Position numbers and translations under genes: made by a program
The notes under the pieces: model-generated
What the model was told of the DNA's origin: nothing
What the model saw: only the letters and a program-made list of their open reading frames with translations
Databases searched by the model: none
Assembly: GCA_002457215.1 (NCBI GenBank)
Contig: NTJZ01000011.1
Coordinates: 27,009-91,008 of the forward strand
DNA: 64,000 nt
Direction: 5' to 3'
From: OM182 bacterium MED-G28
GTDB taxonomy: Bacteria > Pseudomonadota > Gammaproteobacteria > Pseudomonadales > Pseudohongiellaceae
In this document: positions 52,453 to 64,000 of the stretch, in pieces
How the letters are laid out: each line of letters opens with the position of its first letter
Position numbering within the stretch: position 1 is the first letter of the stretch

Positions 52453-53823
52453 TTGATTGGAACCATGCTGCTATCAGGGTTAGCCGAGCAATTGGACGGT
52501 GAAATCATTGGGGACAATGTAGAGATATCGGCGTTGTCTACGGATACGCGTGCGCTAAAAAAAGGTGACACTTATATGGCATTGGTCGGTCCAAATTTTA
52601 ATGGGAACGATTTTTTGATGGAAGCGAAATCTAATGGAGCAATTGCAGCAATAGTTTCGAAGCCAATATCAAAGCATGCTCAGCCACTCCCGTTATTGCG
52701 AGTAAAAGATACGCATTTGGCTCTGGGAAAAATTGCATCGATTAATCGTGAGAGAAGCACCGCTAAAGTTATTGCGTTAACTGGCAGTCAGGGGAAAACT
52801 ACAGTTAAAGAAATGATCGGAGCAATTTTGTGCCGCGAAGGCGAAACCCTAATTACACAGGCGAATCAGAACAATACTGTTGGCGTGCCGTTAACACTAT
52901 TACAAATAACAGATCAACATAAATTTGCTGTAATTGAAATTGGTGCAGACTGTCATGGGGAAATTGAATTTAGTGCTGCGATGGCAAAACCAAATATTGC
53001 CTTAATTACTAATGCTAATTCGGCGCACATCGAGGGTTTTGGCAGTCTTCAAGGGATAGTAGAAGCAAAAGGTGAAATTATTGGCACTGCAGAAGAGTCT
53101 GCTTCAATTATTCTCAATGCCGATGACGAAAATGTTGCCCAATGGATTGAGCGCGCTGCTGGGAAAAAGGTTATTCAATTCAGCGCTGCTAATCCTCAAG
53201 CTGATTGTTATGCAAAAGACACTGTAGTCGGGAAAAAGGGCGTAGTCAGTTTTACATTAAGCACTCCCCGGGGGTTAGAAAGAATAAGTCTCCAGTTGTT
53301 AGGTAAACACAATGTAACCAACGCGGTTGCTGCGGCAACTGCGGCATTAGAAGTAGGTGCAAGTTTGAAATCTATTGGTGAAGGTCTGGGTAGTTTGGTG
53401 CCGGTAAATCGACGTCTAAACCCTCGAGTTGGATTTAATAGTTGTTGTGTTGTTGATGATACTTACAACGCGAGCCCATCTTCTTTTAAAGCTGCAATTG
53501 ATGTTTTAGTTTTATTTCCAGAACGTAAAATTTTGATTGCTGGTGATATGAAAGAGCTAGGCAGTGAGGCTGAGGAGTCTCACCGAGAAGTAGGCCGTTA
53601 TGCAAGCGACTCGGGTGTTGATGGATTATGGACCGTGGGGGATTTAAGTAGTTTGGCTTCGGCAGAGCTTGGTAAAAAGGGTAAACATTTTGCTACGACC
53701 AATGAATTAATTTATGCATGTAAAGCGCTAGCAGCATCTGATGTTGTATTTCTAGTGAAAGGCTCTAGAGGGGCACACATGGAAGTAATAGTCGATGAAT
53801 TGATTGAGGCTGGGGGCGACTAA
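52453..53823 (+). CDS. murF: UDP-MurNAc-tripeptide:D-Ala-D-Ala ligase
   Basis: P-loop LTGSQGKTT and DDTYNASP. The track start is a TTG; an alternative ATG lies at 52465. Confidence 0.93.
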   Translation: MIGTMLLSGLAEQLDGEIIGDNVEISALSTDTRALKKGDTYMALVGPNFNGNDFLMEAKSNGAIAAIVSKPISKHAQPLPLLRVKDTHLALGKIASINRERSTAKVIALTGSQGKTTVKEMIGAILCREGETLITQANQNNTVGVPLTLLQITDQHKFAVIEIGADCHGEIEFSAAMAKPNIALITNANSAHIEGFGSLQGIVEAKGEIIGTAEESASIILNADDENVAQWIERAAGKKVIQFSAANPQADCYAKDTVVGKKGVVSFTLSTPRGLERISLQLLGKHNVTNAVAAATAALEVGASLKSIGEGLGSLVPVNRRLNPRVGFNSCCVVDDTYNASPSSFKAAIDVLVLFPERKILIAGDMKELGSEAEESHREVGRYASDSGVDGLWTVGDLSSLASAELGKKGKHFATTNELIYACKALAASDVVFLVKGSRGAHMEVIVDELIEAGGD

Positions 53824-54905
53824 TGCTTGTTTGGTTATCAGATTATTTAATTCAGTTTAATAGCAGTTTTGCTGTTCTACAGTACATTACCGTGCGCGGA
53901 ATATTCAGCGTTTTAACTGCGCTATTCGTGTCTTTAATAATTGGCCCCTATATGATTCGACGCCTTAACTATCTTCAGATTGGGCAGGTCGTCAGAGATG
54001 ATGGGCCGGAAACTCATTTTAGTAAAGCTGGCACCCCTACTATGGGCGGTGCACTCATTCTTGTAAGCATCGCAATAAGTACTTTGCTTTGGTCTGATTT
54101 AAGCAATCACTACGTTTGGATAGTTTTATTGGTAACGATTTTATTCGGTGCCATTGGTTGGGTGGATGATTATCGTAAAGTATTTGAGCAAAATACAGCA
54201 GGGCTTTCTGCAAAGTGGAAACTGTTCTGGCAAGCGTTAATTGGCCTAGTCGCAGCTATTTTTTTGTACTACACAGCCGTCAGCCCGATTGAAGTCGAAT
54301 ACATCGTGCCATTTTTTAAAGATGTTTCAATTAGTACTGGAATTTTTTATATCGCCATTAGTGCTTTTATCATTGTTGGGTTTAGTAACGCTGTGAACCT
54401 TACTGATGGCCTGGACGGGTTGGCAATTTTGCCTACGGTGATGGTAGGCGGAGCACTCGGAATTATTGCTTATCTAGCAGGACACGCCGAATTTTCTGCA
54501 TACTTAAATATCCCCAACGTTGACGGTTCTGGCGAAGTGGTTATTTTCGCTGGCGCGCTGGTTGGTGCAGGAATGGGCTTTCTTTGGTTTAACACTTACC
54601 CGGCACAAATATTCATGGGCGACGTTGGTGCGTTAGCTCTTGGCGCTGCTTTGGGTGTGATGGCAATTATTTCTCGACATGAAATTGTTTTATTCATTAT
54701 GGGAGGTGTTTTTGTGGTTGAAACTGCTTCCGTAATTTTGCAAGTCGGTTCGTTCAAACTGACTGGGAAACGGATTTTTCGAATGGCACCATTACATCAT
54801 CATTTTGAACTTAAAGGCTGGCCAGAACCAAGGGTAATAGTTCGGTTTTGGATAATCACGGTAATGTTGGTGCTTTTTGGTTTGGCAACTTTGAAACTTC
54901 GTTAA
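53823..54905 (+). CDS. mraY: Phospho-MurNAc-pentapeptide translocase
   Basis: 360 aa and polytopic. Motifs [22 protein letters not shown] and MAPLHHHFE. Confidence 0.97.
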   Translation: MLVWLSDYLIQFNSSFAVLQYITVRGIFSVLTALFVSLIIGPYMIRRLNYLQIGQVVRDDGPETHFSKAGTPTMGGALILVSIAISTLLWSDLSNHYVWIVLLVTILFGAIGWVDDYRKVFEQNTAGLSAKWKLFWQALIGLVAAIFLYYTAVSPIEVEYIVPFFKDVSISTGIFYIAISAFIIVGFSNAVNLTDGLDGLAILPTVMVGGALGIIAYLAGHAEFSAYLNIPNVDGSGEVVIFAGALVGAGMGFLWFNTYPAQIFMGDVGALALGAALGVMAIISRHEIVLFIMGGVFVVETASVILQVGSFKLTGKRIFRMAPLHHHFELKGWPEPRVIVRFWIITVMLVLFGLATLKLR

Positions 54906-54924
54906 AAACTATTGGGTAAATCAA

Positions 54925-56283
54925 TTGGGCGGTGATTTGATAGTCAATGAAAAAGTTATCGTCGGTCTGGGGGAAACAGGATTATCGGTCGCTAAATTTT
55001 TAGCATCACGAAATCAGAAATTTAAGGTCATTGATAGCCGCTTGAATCCACCGGCGCTGTCTGAATTAAAAAGGATATTGCCAGAAGTTGAAACTGAAGT
55101 AGGCGAATTAAAACTAAAAACTTTATTGGGAGCCAGTGAGCTAGTGATTAGTCCAGGATTAAGCCTCAAGACTCCGGTCATTGCAGAAGCGGCAGAACAA
55201 GGTGTAGCAATCACTGGCGACATTGACATCTTTTCTAAGTCAGTACGCAAGCCTATCATCGCTGTTACAGGATCGAATGGAAAAAGCACTGTAGTTGCAA
55301 TTCTAGCTCGGATTCTTGAAAAAGCAGGAAAAAAATATGGGCTAGGTGGAAATCTGGACGGTACTAATTTTAAACCTGCTTTAGATTTGCTTAGTGAAGC
55401 ACCAAAAGATTTCTATATTTTGGAGCTATCTAGTTTTCAGCTTGAAACTACGGAAAGATTAAACGCTGAAGTAGCGGTGATTTTAAACCTCAGTGCAGAC
55501 CATATGGATCGCTATGAGACTTTGGATGAGTATCACAAGGCCAAACTGAGAATCTTCAATGGTTGTAATCAGGTTGTGATTAATCGAGATGATGTGCATT
55601 CGTATCCAGTTACCGAGTTAAGTGCACCTATTTGGGATTTCGGATTTAGTCGCCCAGGTGTTAATGGATTGGGATTGTTAGAAGAAGACGGTTATCAATA
55701 CCTAGCCTTTCAGTTTGAGAAAATTGTTTCCGTCAACGAGCTGAAGATTTTTGGCCAGCACAATATTTCGAATGTGCTCGCGGCAGTTGGCTTAGCTCTA
55801 GCTATAGGAATTGAATTAGACGCGATCCGTTCCGCTATCAAAGGATTTAATGGGTTGCCCCATCGATGTCAGTGGGTGGCAAATGTTTCTGGAGTGGAGT
55901 TTTATAATGATTCCAAAGGAACAAATGTTGGCGCAACCATGGCTGCAGTAGAAGGTCTGGGTCAGCGAATTTCAGGACATATTTTGCTTGTTGCTGGTGG
56001 TATAGGGAAAGGTGCTGATTTCCATTCATTGGTACCAGTGATCAATCGGTGGGGAAAGGAAGTTATCTTAATCGGTCAGGATGCTATAGAAATAGCTTCC
56101 AATTTTGACCAAGATATTCAAGTTTATTTCGCAAACGATATGCAAGATGCTGTTAGCACAGCTTTTAAGCATGCGTCGTCAGGAGATGCTGTCTTGCTAT
56201 CGCCCGCTTGTGCGAGTTTTGACATGTTTGAGAACTTTCAAGAACGGGGTAATGCCTTTATTCGTTCTGTGAGGCAATTGTAA
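54925..56283 (+). CDS. murD: UDP-MurNAc-L-Ala:D-Glu ligase
   Basis: GLGETGLS Rossmann-type N-terminus and P-loop VTGSNGKST. The track start is a TTG and is uncertain by a few codons. Confidence 0.95.
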   Translation: MGGDLIVNEKVIVGLGETGLSVAKFLASRNQKFKVIDSRLNPPALSELKRILPEVETEVGELKLKTLLGASELVISPGLSLKTPVIAEAAEQGVAITGDIDIFSKSVRKPIIAVTGSNGKSTVVAILARILEKAGKKYGLGGNLDGTNFKPALDLLSEAPKDFYILELSSFQLETTERLNAEVAVILNLSADHMDRYETLDEYHKAKLRIFNGCNQVVINRDDVHSYPVTELSAPIWDFGFSRPGVNGLGLLEEDGYQYLAFQFEKIVSVNELKIFGQHNISNVLAAVGLALAIGIELDAIRSAIKGFNGLPHRCQWVANVSGVEFYNDSKGTNVGATMAAVEGLGQRISGHILLVAGGIGKGADFHSLVPVINRWGKEVILIGQDAIEIASNFDQDIQVYFANDMQDAVSTAFKHASSGDAVLLSPACASFDMFENFQERGNAFIRSVRQL

Positions 56284-57491
56284 TGGCAATCGCCAGAGCA
56301 ACTATGCCAATTAGGGTGAAATCTATGCCTTCAGTGAAGCTAAACCCTTTGTTATTGGTTACGTGCATGTTGCTAGCTTGCGGATTGTTAATGATGACGT
56401 CAGCTTCGGTTGAAATTGCAAGCAGTCAATATAACGACCCTTTTTATTATTTAAAACGGCAAGGAATATTTGCGCTTATTGGCTTATTAGCAATGATGCT
56501 GACGCTACACATTCCCGTTGCCATTTGGAAGAAGTTCAGCTGGTTTCTTTTGATGGGATCATTTGTATTATTGTTTCTAGTGCTAGTGCCAGGAATTGGC
56601 AAGGTGGTAAATGGAAGTGCCCGATGGATTGATCTTGGATTTTTTAATTTGCAGCCTTCTGAAGTCGCTAAAGTCTCGATTGTTATTTATCTTTCGGCTT
56701 ATCTCGAAAGGAATCTAGAAGAAGTTCGTGATAAATGGTCTGGATTCTTAAAGCCCATGTTAGTAATTGGTGGAGCAGCGGTATTGCTTGAGTTGGAGCC
56801 TGATCACGGCGCTTTAGTAATTTTAATGTTAACTGCATTTTGTATGATCTTCCTCGCGGGAATAAAACTTTACCGTTTTCTGATAATGCTGGGATTATGC
56901 AGTGGTGCTGTCACTTACATAGCTCTAACTAAGCCTTATGTCATCGTGAGATTCTCTTCTTATCTTAATCCCTGGGCAGAGGAAAATGTTTACGGGGGGG
57001 GGTATCAGTTAACTCAGGCATTAATTGCTTTTGGTCGAGGCGAGTGGTTCGGAGTAGGGCTTGGAAATAGCATCCAGAAACTTTACTTCCTACCGGAAGC
57101 CCATAATGATTTTGTATTAGCAATTATAGGGGAAGAGTTCGGTTTAGTAGGTGTATGCGTCGTGGTTCTTCTATTTTGTTTGTTGGTCTATTTGGCGTTT
57201 TCGATTGGCAAAGCTGCTCAAGAAAAGGGTAATTTGTTTGAAGCATTTCTAGCTTATGGCCTCGGCCTCCTATTTGCGGGGCAAGCAATGATCAATGTCG
57301 GGGTAAATACTGGCTTACTTCCAACCAAAGGGCTGACTTTACCGTTCCTAAGTTATGGCGGAGCAAGCTTGATTGTGAGTTGTTTTATGGTCGCCTTGTT
57401 GGTTCGTATTCAATATGAAACTGAATGTTTTAGTTGCAACGAGAGTAATTTAACTAGCCATCCTAGGGGCGTAATTAATATCTCACAGTGA
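56283..57491 (+). CDS. ftsW: Peptidoglycan polymerase / lipid II flippase FtsW (SEDS family)
   Basis: 402 aa and polytopic. Motifs LQPSEVAK, PEAHNDF and LLPTKGLTLPFLSYGG. Confidence 0.95.
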   Translation: MAIARATMPIRVKSMPSVKLNPLLLVTCMLLACGLLMMTSASVEIASSQYNDPFYYLKRQGIFALIGLLAMMLTLHIPVAIWKKFSWFLLMGSFVLLFLVLVPGIGKVVNGSARWIDLGFFNLQPSEVAKVSIVIYLSAYLERNLEEVRDKWSGFLKPMLVIGGAAVLLELEPDHGALVILMLTAFCMIFLAGIKLYRFLIMLGLCSGAVTYIALTKPYVIVRFSSYLNPWAEENVYGGGYQLTQALIAFGRGEWFGVGLGNSIQKLYFLPEAHNDFVLAIIGEEFGLVGVCVVVLLFCLLVYLAFSIGKAAQEKGNLFEAFLAYGLGLLFAGQAMINVGVNTGLLPTKGLTLPFLSYGGASLIVSCFMVALLVRIQYETECFSCNESNLTSHPRGVINISQ

Positions 57492-58594
57492 AACGGATGG
57501 ATACAAAAAAAATAACAGTTCTAATTATGGCTGCTGGAACAGGAGGACATGTATTTCCAGCACTTTCAATTGTTGAATCTCTAAGAAAGCAATCAGTAAA
57601 TGTTGAGTGGCTGGGAACGCATTCTGGGATGGAAAATAGTTTGCTTGCTGCAACAGACATACCTTTGCATCAAATTTCAATTAAGGGATTGAGAGGATCA
57701 GGATTGGTAAGAAAACTCACATCGCCATTTATGTTGTGCATGGCATTTTTTCAATCATTTAATGTAATTCGGCGCGTGCGCCCTGATTGCGTCTTAGGAA
57801 TGGGGGGCTTTATCTGTGGGCCAGCAGGGTTAGCAGCGAAACTGTTAAGAAAGCCATTGTTAATTCATGAGCAAAATGCAGTAGCTGGACTAACAAATAA
57901 TTTACTTTCTAAAGTGTCGACAAAAGTTTTTGAAGCCTTTCCAAATACATTTAATGAACAGGTCAATGCAGTCCATACAGGTAATCCTTTACGTGCTGAA
58001 ATATTCAACATTGATAAAGCTGAAGTCGAGGTGAATTCAAATTCTATGTTGAAATTATTGGTCTTGGGTGGATCACAAGGCTCAGCCTCTATTAATAAAG
58101 TTATTCCAGAGATTGCCGCAAATTGGACAGAGTCGGGAATTTTGAGCATTCGCCACCAAACTGGTGGTGCAACCTTGCAGGAAACAGCGCAGCATTATCA
58201 AAAACTAGGTATACAGTTAAACAACAATTTAGTTTTAGAGCCTTTTATTAACGACATGGCGTCGGCCTATAAGTGGGCAGATATAGTTATTTGCCGATCT
58301 GGCGCGAGTACCGTAAGTGAATTGGCAGCGATAGGGCTACCTTCAATATTGGTCCCATACCCACACCATAAGGATCAGCAGCAATTATTGAATGCTCAAT
58401 GGTTGGCAAACAATGGGGCGGCCTCTGTTGTCACGCAGGAAGATTTCTCTGTCAAAACTGTATTACCTCAACTTGTTAAATTGCAGAAAGATCGAAATCT
58501 TTTAAAAGAAATTGGTGCCAAAGCAAAGAGACTGTCAATTAACAATGCAGGCGAAATCATTGCCTCTGAATGCGTGAGAGCCGCTAATGCCTAA
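57488..58594 (+). CDS. murG: UDP-GlcNAc:lipid I GlcNAc transferase
   Basis: [21 protein letters not shown] and [12 protein letters not shown] motifs. Confidence 0.95.
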   Translation: MKRMDTKKITVLIMAAGTGGHVFPALSIVESLRKQSVNVEWLGTHSGMENSLLAATDIPLHQISIKGLRGSGLVRKLTSPFMLCMAFFQSFNVIRRVRPDCVLGMGGFICGPAGLAAKLLRKPLLIHEQNAVAGLTNNLLSKVSTKVFEAFPNTFNEQVNAVHTGNPLRAEIFNIDKAEVEVNSNSMLKLLVLGGSQGSASINKVIPEIAANWTESGILSIRHQTGGATLQETAQHYQKLGIQLNNNLVLEPFINDMASAYKWADIVICRSGASTVSELAAIGLPSILVPYPHHKDQQQLLNAQWLANNGAASVVTQEDFSVKTVLPQLVKLQKDRNLLKEIGAKAKRLSINNAGEIIASECVRAANA

Positions 58595-60011
58595 TGCACC
58601 ACAAATTCACCAAATTCCTGAAATGCGTCGGATCAGTACGATACATTTCGTTGGTATCGGCGGCGCAGGAATGTGTGGGATAGCAGAGGTCTTGTTAAAT
58701 CAGGGATATCAAATTACCGGCTCTGATATTAAAGAATCTTCTAATACAGAAAGATTAAAATCTCTTGGCGCAATAATATTTATTGGACATGATTCAAAAA
58801 ATGTCAAGAAGGCAGACGTTGTAGTTTATTCCAGTGCTATAGACAGAAAAAACCCCGAAATTAAAGCGGCTATTAGTCACGCTAAGCCGCTTATTGCACG
58901 AGCGGAAATGTTGGCAGAATTAATGCGTTATCGCCATTCGATTGCAATCGCGGGCACTCATGGGAAAACGACAACAACAAGTATTGTTTCCTCGATATTG
59001 GCCGCAGGGGGCTTGGACCCAACGTTTGTTATTGGTGGATTGTTAAATAGCGCTGGAGCGAATGCTCAACTGGGTCAAAGCAGATACTTGGTAGCGGAAG
59101 CAGACGAAAGCGATGCCTCTTTTATGCATTTACAGCCAATGGTTGCTGTGGTCACGAATATTGAAGCGGATCATATGAGCACTTACGGTGGTGATTTCGC
59201 AAACCTAAAGAAGTATTTTGTGGATTTTCTCCATAATTTACCATTTTATGGTTTGGCCGTACTTTGCATCGATGACCCAGTAGTGCGCGAAATTCTCCCA
59301 TTAGTTTCAAGGCCAAAGATTACTTATGGATTTTCTAAAAACGCTGATTTTAGGATCAAAAACTTAACCCAAAAAAAGCAAACGACGGAATTTGAAGTTC
59401 AACAGCGCGGCAAAAAAAAGCCATTGAAAGTTAAGTTGAATATGCCTGGTAGACACAATGCATTAAATGCAACTGCTGCTATCGTGATTGCAAGTGACGA
59501 AGGTGTCAAAGACAAAGATATAAAGTCTGGAATTCAGAAATTTTCTGGCGTTAGTAGGCGTTTTGACGTGCAGGGTGAGTTTGGCGTTGAGGGTGGCAGT
59601 GTATTGCTTGTCGATGATTATGGTCATCATCCAACGGAAGTGGAAGCGACGATTAAAGCATTACGTGATGGTTGGCCCAAAAACCGATTGGTGATGATTT
59701 ATCAACCGCATCGTTACAGTAGAACTAAAGATTTGTATGAAGACTTTGTCGAGGTTCTCTCTGGTGTTGATGTTTTATTACTGCTCGAAGTTTATTCGGC
59801 GGGAGAGAAGAAAATCGCTGGTGCAGATTCGCGGAGCCTTTGCCGAAGCATTCGGTTGCGAGGCAAAGTTGACCCAATTTATGTCCAGAAAGAAGCCGAT
59901 ATTCACGACGTTTTGCAGGGACTGGTTAGGGCCGGAGACGTAGTTCTGACCCAAGGAGCGGGGAGCGTTGGAGCTCTGGCTAAAGAGATTGCCCAAAAAG
60001 GGCTTAATTAA
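58587..60011 (+). CDS. murC: UDP-MurNAc:L-alanine ligase
   Basis: [17 protein letters not shown] and P-loop [11 protein letters not shown]. Confidence 0.95.
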   Translation: MPNAPQIHQIPEMRRISTIHFVGIGGAGMCGIAEVLLNQGYQITGSDIKESSNTERLKSLGAIIFIGHDSKNVKKADVVVYSSAIDRKNPEIKAAISHAKPLIARAEMLAELMRYRHSIAIAGTHGKTTTTSIVSSILAAGGLDPTFVIGGLLNSAGANAQLGQSRYLVAEADESDASFMHLQPMVAVVTNIEADHMSTYGGDFANLKKYFVDFLHNLPFYGLAVLCIDDPVVREILPLVSRPKITYGFSKNADFRIKNLTQKKQTTEFEVQQRGKKKPLKVKLNMPGRHNALNATAAIVIASDEGVKDKDIKSGIQKFSGVSRRFDVQGEFGVEGGSVLLVDDYGHHPTEVEATIKALRDGWPKNRLVMIYQPHRYSRTKDLYEDFVEVLSGVDVLLLLEVYSAGEKKIAGADSRSLCRSIRLRGKVDPIYVQKEADIHDVLQGLVRAGDVVLTQGAGSVGALAKEIAQKGLN

Positions 60012-60069
60012 TGCCAGTTTATTGATTTTTAGACAAGAGTTTAGTCAAAGTTAGTCAAGAAAAACAGCT

Positions 60070-61005
60070 ATGAAACCGATAAATAAAGAGAAAATACTAG
60101 CAAAATTGGGGCATGTTGCAGTGCTAAAAGGAGGTGCCTCCCCTGAGCGAGAAATTTCTCTGATAAGTGGCTCCGCCGTGTTCAATGGGTTGAAGAGATT
60201 AGGTGTAAATGCTTCAGTGATCGATGTGGGGAATGACGTAATTGAGCAACTGAAAGCGGCGAAGCCGGATCTCGTAGTGATTATGTTGCATGGTGAAGGC
60301 GGTGAGGACGGAGTTATCCAGGGCTTATTAGAGGTTATGGAATTACCCTATACAGGTAGCGGTGTTTTGGCTTCTTCAATCGCAATGGATAAGGTTAAAA
60401 GCAAATTACTTTGGCAACGACTGGGATTATCAACGGCTGACTTTGAATTTGCTAATGAGTCATCTTGTTGGCAAGAACTGATAAATCGCTATGGGAAGCT
60501 GGTTGTAAAACCTGTCAGTGGTGGCTCGAGCTTGGGTATTGCAATTGTGGATAACGCGGTGGATTTAGAAAAACACTATTGGAAGGCACTTGAATTTGAT
60601 GCGGAAGTGATCGTAGAAAAATTTATTGAAGGGGTTGAATATTCAACGGGTGTACTAGGTTCAGAACTATTTCCAACTATTCAATTGGAAACGAATAGAG
60701 AATTCTTCGATTTTGAAGCGAAGTATACAGATGAAGACAGCAGAATTATTTGCCCGCCTGAGCTGTCTGAGGAAAAGTTAACAGAATTGGAAATTCTAGT
60801 TAAGCGCGCTTATGACAGCCTAGGATGTAAAGGTTTGGCGCGAGTTGATGTAATGCAAGGCATCGATGGAGAATTTTATTTATTGGAACTTAATACTATT
60901 CCAGGAATGACGGAGCATAGTTTTGTTCCGATGGCTGCAAAACACATTGGCATAAATTTTGATGAGTTGCTGCTCCGTATTCTAGACAGTGAAACACAAC
61001 ATTAA
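60070..61005 (+). CDS. ddl: D-alanine--D-alanine ligase
   Basis: 311 aa, ATP-grasp. GGASPEREISLISG, GEDGVIQGLLE and LELNTIPGMT motifs. Confidence 0.95.
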   Translation: MKPINKEKILAKLGHVAVLKGGASPEREISLISGSAVFNGLKRLGVNASVIDVGNDVIEQLKAAKPDLVVIMLHGEGGEDGVIQGLLEVMELPYTGSGVLASSIAMDKVKSKLLWQRLGLSTADFEFANESSCWQELINRYGKLVVKPVSGGSSLGIAIVDNAVDLEKHYWKALEFDAEVIVEKFIEGVEYSTGVLGSELFPTIQLETNREFFDFEAKYTDEDSRIICPPELSEEKLTELEILVKRAYDSLGCKGLARVDVMQGIDGEFYLLELNTIPGMTEHSFVPMAAKHIGINFDELLLRILDSETQH

Positions 61006-61044
61006 GCAGAAAAAAATACACTTGAAGATGAAATAAAGAGAACA

Positions 61045-61857
61045 ATGAGGCCAGACCCAAGCGACATAGCTGCAAGAAGATTACGAAGTGTCAGCAATCG
61101 ACGTGGATTCAACTCGCAGCCGCTAAAGCCAAAATCAAACAAAAAGTTTGGTCTCGTCGTGATGGGGCTTGCATTCTTGGGAAGTCTTGTTTTATTAGCT
61201 CAGAATTATAAACAAATAGGGCAATACATGAACCGCCCTATTACAAAAGTTCGCATGGACAACCAATGGCAACATGTTTCCGAGGCAGAAGTTGGCTCTT
61301 TGATTACAAATTTTATGGGTGCTGGGTTTTTTAATTTCGACGTTGCTGGCGTGAAATCGACTCTGGAAGCTCATGCCTGGGTTGAAGAGGCATCAATCAA
61401 AAGGCTGTGGCCTGACATGCTCACGTTGCAGCTTACTGAGCATGTTGCTATCGCTCGATGGGGAGAAGGCGAACTTTTAAATCAACACGGGGAAATTTTT
61501 GTTCCTGTGGATATTGGGGAAATGAATGCGTTACCAATATTATCTGGACCAATCAACAGTCAAATAAAAGTAATGGAGCAATACCAATTAATGAGCCAGC
61601 TGCTTTATTCGTCAGGGCTAAAGTTAAATGGTTTAACTCTTAGTATGCGTGGGAGTTGGGAGCTAACTCTTAATGAGTCTATACAAGTAGCTGTTGGCAG
61701 AATTGAAGTAGTCGAACGATTTCAGCGATTTATTGATTTTTATGAAGGCCAGTTAGTTTCTCAAACAGCAAAAATTAGCTCGGTAGATTTGCGTTATGAC
61801 AATGGTATAGCAATTAGAAATAGCAGTGATGAGCTTGCAGAGGTAGCAATAAGGTAA
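61045..61857 (+). CDS. ftsQ: Cell division protein FtsQ
   Basis: 270 aa, bitopic, with a POTRA-like segment (AWVEEASIKRLWPDMLTLQLTEHVAIARW). Positioned between ddl and ftsA. Confidence 0.85.
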   Translation: MRPDPSDIAARRLRSVSNRRGFNSQPLKPKSNKKFGLVVMGLAFLGSLVLLAQNYKQIGQYMNRPITKVRMDNQWQHVSEAEVGSLITNFMGAGFFNFDVAGVKSTLEAHAWVEEASIKRLWPDMLTLQLTEHVAIARWGEGELLNQHGEIFVPVDIGEMNALPILSGPINSQIKVMEQYQLMSQLLYSSGLKLNGLTLSMRGSWELTLNESIQVAVGRIEVVERFQRFIDFYEGQLVSQTAKISSVDLRYDNGIAIRNSSDELAEVAIR

Positions 61858-61905
61858 TGCAGGAAATAACAAACAGCGGCAAGTGTTCCTCGGAGTTAAC
61901 TGCCC

Positions 61906-63141
61906 ATGAACAAACCACTCGGTGAAAACATGATTGTTGGCCTAGACATAGGAACATCTAAAGTCGTTGCAATCGTTGGTGATATAAATTCGGAGGGTGG
62001 GCTAGATATTATTGGGATAGGCAGTCACCGATCGCGCGGTTTAAAAAAAGGCACAGTTGTCAATATCGAATCAACGGTTGAATCAATTCAGCGAGCGATA
62101 GAAGAGGCAGAATTAATGGCTGGATGCCAGATTCATTCAGTTTACGCGGGAATAGCAGGAAGTCATATAAGAAGCATGAATTCCCATGGCATTGTAGCTA
62201 TCCGGGACGGCGAAGTCATGAAGCCCGACATCGAGAGGGTTATTGATGCAGGTAAAGCTGTTGCGATTCCTGCTGATCAAAAAGTACTTCATATACTGCC
62301 ACAAGAATACATTATTGATTCTCAGGAAGGTGTTAAAGAGCCGCTTGGCATGTCGGGCGTCAGGCTAGAAGCAAAAGTTCATCTAGTAACTTGTGCAATT
62401 AATGCAGTGCAGAATATTGAAAAATGTATAAAGCGTTGCGGTCTCGATACTAGTGAAATTATCTTAGAGCAACTTGCTTCCAGTTATTCTGTTCTAACCG
62501 ATGATGAGAAAGAGTTGGGGGTGTGTTTGGTAGATATTGGTGGGGGGACCACCGATATCGCAATCTTTACCGATGGAGCTATTCGACATACTGGAGTCAT
62601 TCCGATCGCTGGCGACCAAGTTACTAACGACATCGCTATGGCATTACGGACTCCGACAGAAAATGCGGATGAAATAAAAATTAAGTATGCCTGTGCGCTC
62701 ACTCAACTCGCTAGTGCGGAAGATATAATAAAAGTTCCGAGTGTTGGAGATAGGGCGCCTCGCGAACTTTCGAGACAAGCGCTAGCCGAAGTAGTCGAAC
62801 CCAGATACGACGAATTATTCACTTTGGTGCAAGCAGAGTTGCGGCGCAGTGGTTTTGAAAATTTATTAGCTGCTGGTGTTGTGTTAACAGGTGGCACCAG
62901 CAAGATGGAAGGTGTCGTTGATTTGGCGGAAGAAATATTCCACGCGCCAGTTAGAATTGGTGCACCCCATAATGTAAATGGGCTCGCTGATATTGTGAAA
63001 AATCCGATTTATTCTACTGGTGTCGGACTGCTTCTGTATGGGCTTAAACAGCATCAAGAACGAGAAGGAACTGATACAAGAAGGGAGCCACAAACACAAA
63101 TAGTGGACAAAGTTAAGAATTGGTTTCAAGGACACTTTTAA
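61906..63141 (+). CDS. ftsA: Cell division protein FtsA
   Basis: Actin-like ATPase motifs VGLDIGTSKV and LVDIGGGTTDIAIF. C-terminal amphipathic tail VKNWFQGHF. Confidence 0.95.
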   Translation: MNKPLGENMIVGLDIGTSKVVAIVGDINSEGGLDIIGIGSHRSRGLKKGTVVNIESTVESIQRAIEEAELMAGCQIHSVYAGIAGSHIRSMNSHGIVAIRDGEVMKPDIERVIDAGKAVAIPADQKVLHILPQEYIIDSQEGVKEPLGMSGVRLEAKVHLVTCAINAVQNIEKCIKRCGLDTSEIILEQLASSYSVLTDDEKELGVCLVDIGGGTTDIAIFTDGAIRHTGVIPIAGDQVTNDIAMALRTPTENADEIKIKYACALTQLASAEDIIKVPSVGDRAPRELSRQALAEVVEPRYDELFTLVQAELRRSGFENLLAAGVVLTGGTSKMEGVVDLAEEIFHAPVRIGAPHNVNGLADIVKNPIYSTGVGLLLYGLKQHQEREGTDTRREPQTQIVDKVKNWFQGHF

Positions 63142-63189
63142 TAGCCATTAACTAAAACGACTTTTAGAATTTCTAATGAAGGAGGCTAC

Positions 63190-64000
63190 ATGTTTGAATT
63201 AGTCGAAAACATTTCACAAAGCGCCGTGATCAAAGTTATAGGCGTTGGAGGGGGTGGTGGCAACGCTGTGCATCATATGATTAGTAATCAAGTCGACGGC
63301 GTTGAGTTTATTTGTGCAAATACAGATGCTCAAGCGCTTAACAATTTGAAAGCCAAAACTATCTTGCAAATGGGTAGTAACATAACTAAAGGGCTGGGGG
63401 CAGGTGCTAATCCGGAGATCGGTAGGCAAGCAGCGCTAGAAGATCGAGACGAGATCGCTGAGATTTTGTCTGGTTCGGATATGATTTTTATTACTGCAGG
63501 TATGGGTGGTGGAACTGGCACAGGCGCTGCACCAATAGTTGCAGAAGTTGCTCGTGAAATGGGGATTTTGACAGTGGCAATCGTGACTCGGCCATTTCCT
63601 TTCGAGGGCAAGAAGCGATCGGCGGTCGCTGAGCAGGGAATTCAGCAATTATCGGAAACTGTTGATTCTCTTATTACAATTCCAAATGAAAAGCTATTGG
63701 ATGTGCTTGGCAAAGAAGCAACTTTGTTAGAGGCGTTTAAGGCAGCAAATGATGTATTACTTGGTGCTGTCAAAGGAATTGCGGACCTCATAATGCACCC
63801 AGGCATGATCAATGTGGATTTTGCCGATGTAAAAACTGTCATGTCCGAAATGGGTATGGCTATGATGGGGACCGGATATGCCACAGGTGAGGATAGAGCT
63901 CGGGACGCTGCTGAGTCAGCAATACGAAGTCCATTACTAGAAGACGTAAATTTACAAGGAGCTCGAGGTATTTTGGTGAATATTACTGCTGGTGAGAATT
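63190..64000 (+). CDS. ftsZ: Cell division GTPase FtsZ, C-terminally truncated by the window edge
   Basis: Edge ORF, not in the track. [30 protein letters not shown]...[11 protein letters not shown]...[14 protein letters not shown] (tubulin signature). Preceded by a GAAGGAGG SD. Confidence 0.95.
   Translation, partial: MFELVENISQSAVIKVIGVGGGGGNAVHHMISNQVDGVEFICANTDAQALNNLKAKTILQMGSNITKGLGAGANPEIGRQAALEDRDEIAEILSGSDMIFITAGMGGGTGTGAAPIVAEVAREMGILTVAIVTRPFPFEGKKRSAVAEQGIQQLSETVDSLITIPNEKLLDVLGKEATLLEAFKAANDVLLGAVKGIADLIMHPGMINVDFADVKTVMSEMGMAMMGTGYATGEDRARDAAESAIRSPLLEDVNLQGARGILVNITAGEN

Noticed and set aside
60038-60058. Adjacent direct repeats AGTTTAGTCAA/AGTTAGTCAA upstream of ddl.
   Set aside because: Two short copies in a 58-bp spacer are too little to call a site.

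Overview
Moderately AT-rich gammaproteobacterial core-chromosome window. It is densely coding, with about 65 CDS plus RNase P RNA. The gene order follows well-known conserved housekeeping blocks:

- gluQ-dksA, an aminotransferase and sfsA.
- A Rieske protein with a MetY-like PLP enzyme.
- A small set of uncharacterised genes at 5.3-8.2 kb, then a membrane pyrophosphatase.
- apbC, two Na+-symporter loci, yjgA and mgtE.
- npr-rapZ-ptsN-rpoN-lptBAC-kdsCD, yrbG, then mlaC-ibaG-murA-hisGD.
- A DegS/AlgW-like protease, a Nif3-like protein, cysD-cysNC and yhcB/zapE.
- rplM-rpsI-petA-pet(BC)-sspAB, dolP-diaA-lpoA, rsmI and rnpB.
- The complete dcw cluster from mraZ to ftsZ; ftsZ is cut by the window end.

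I saw no transposase, integrase, phage gene, CRISPR array, toxin-antitoxin pair or recognisable defence gene. I did not find a convincing novel multi-gene system, so this looks like an ordinary, streamlined core region.

The points most worth a second look:
1. Cytochrome b and c1 are encoded as one fused 688-aa ORF.
2. An uncharacterised operon pairs a 440-aa membrane-anchored protein with a second DksA/TraR zinc-finger paralog. It sits next to a hexapeptide-repeat coiled-coil lipoprotein.
3. A structured leader of about 150 nt lies upstream of the MetY-like gene.
4. A 405-bp ORF-free spacer lies upstream of the DUF4212/SSS transporter operon.
5. A very clean 10-bp-periodic GTGG box array (MraZ-operator type) lies downstream of the dcw promoter.
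6. Several genes expected from the conserved synteny are absent: hpf, mlaFED/mlaB, hisC and yraN.

All functional calls come from reading the translated ORFs and motifs by eye. No database search was possible.
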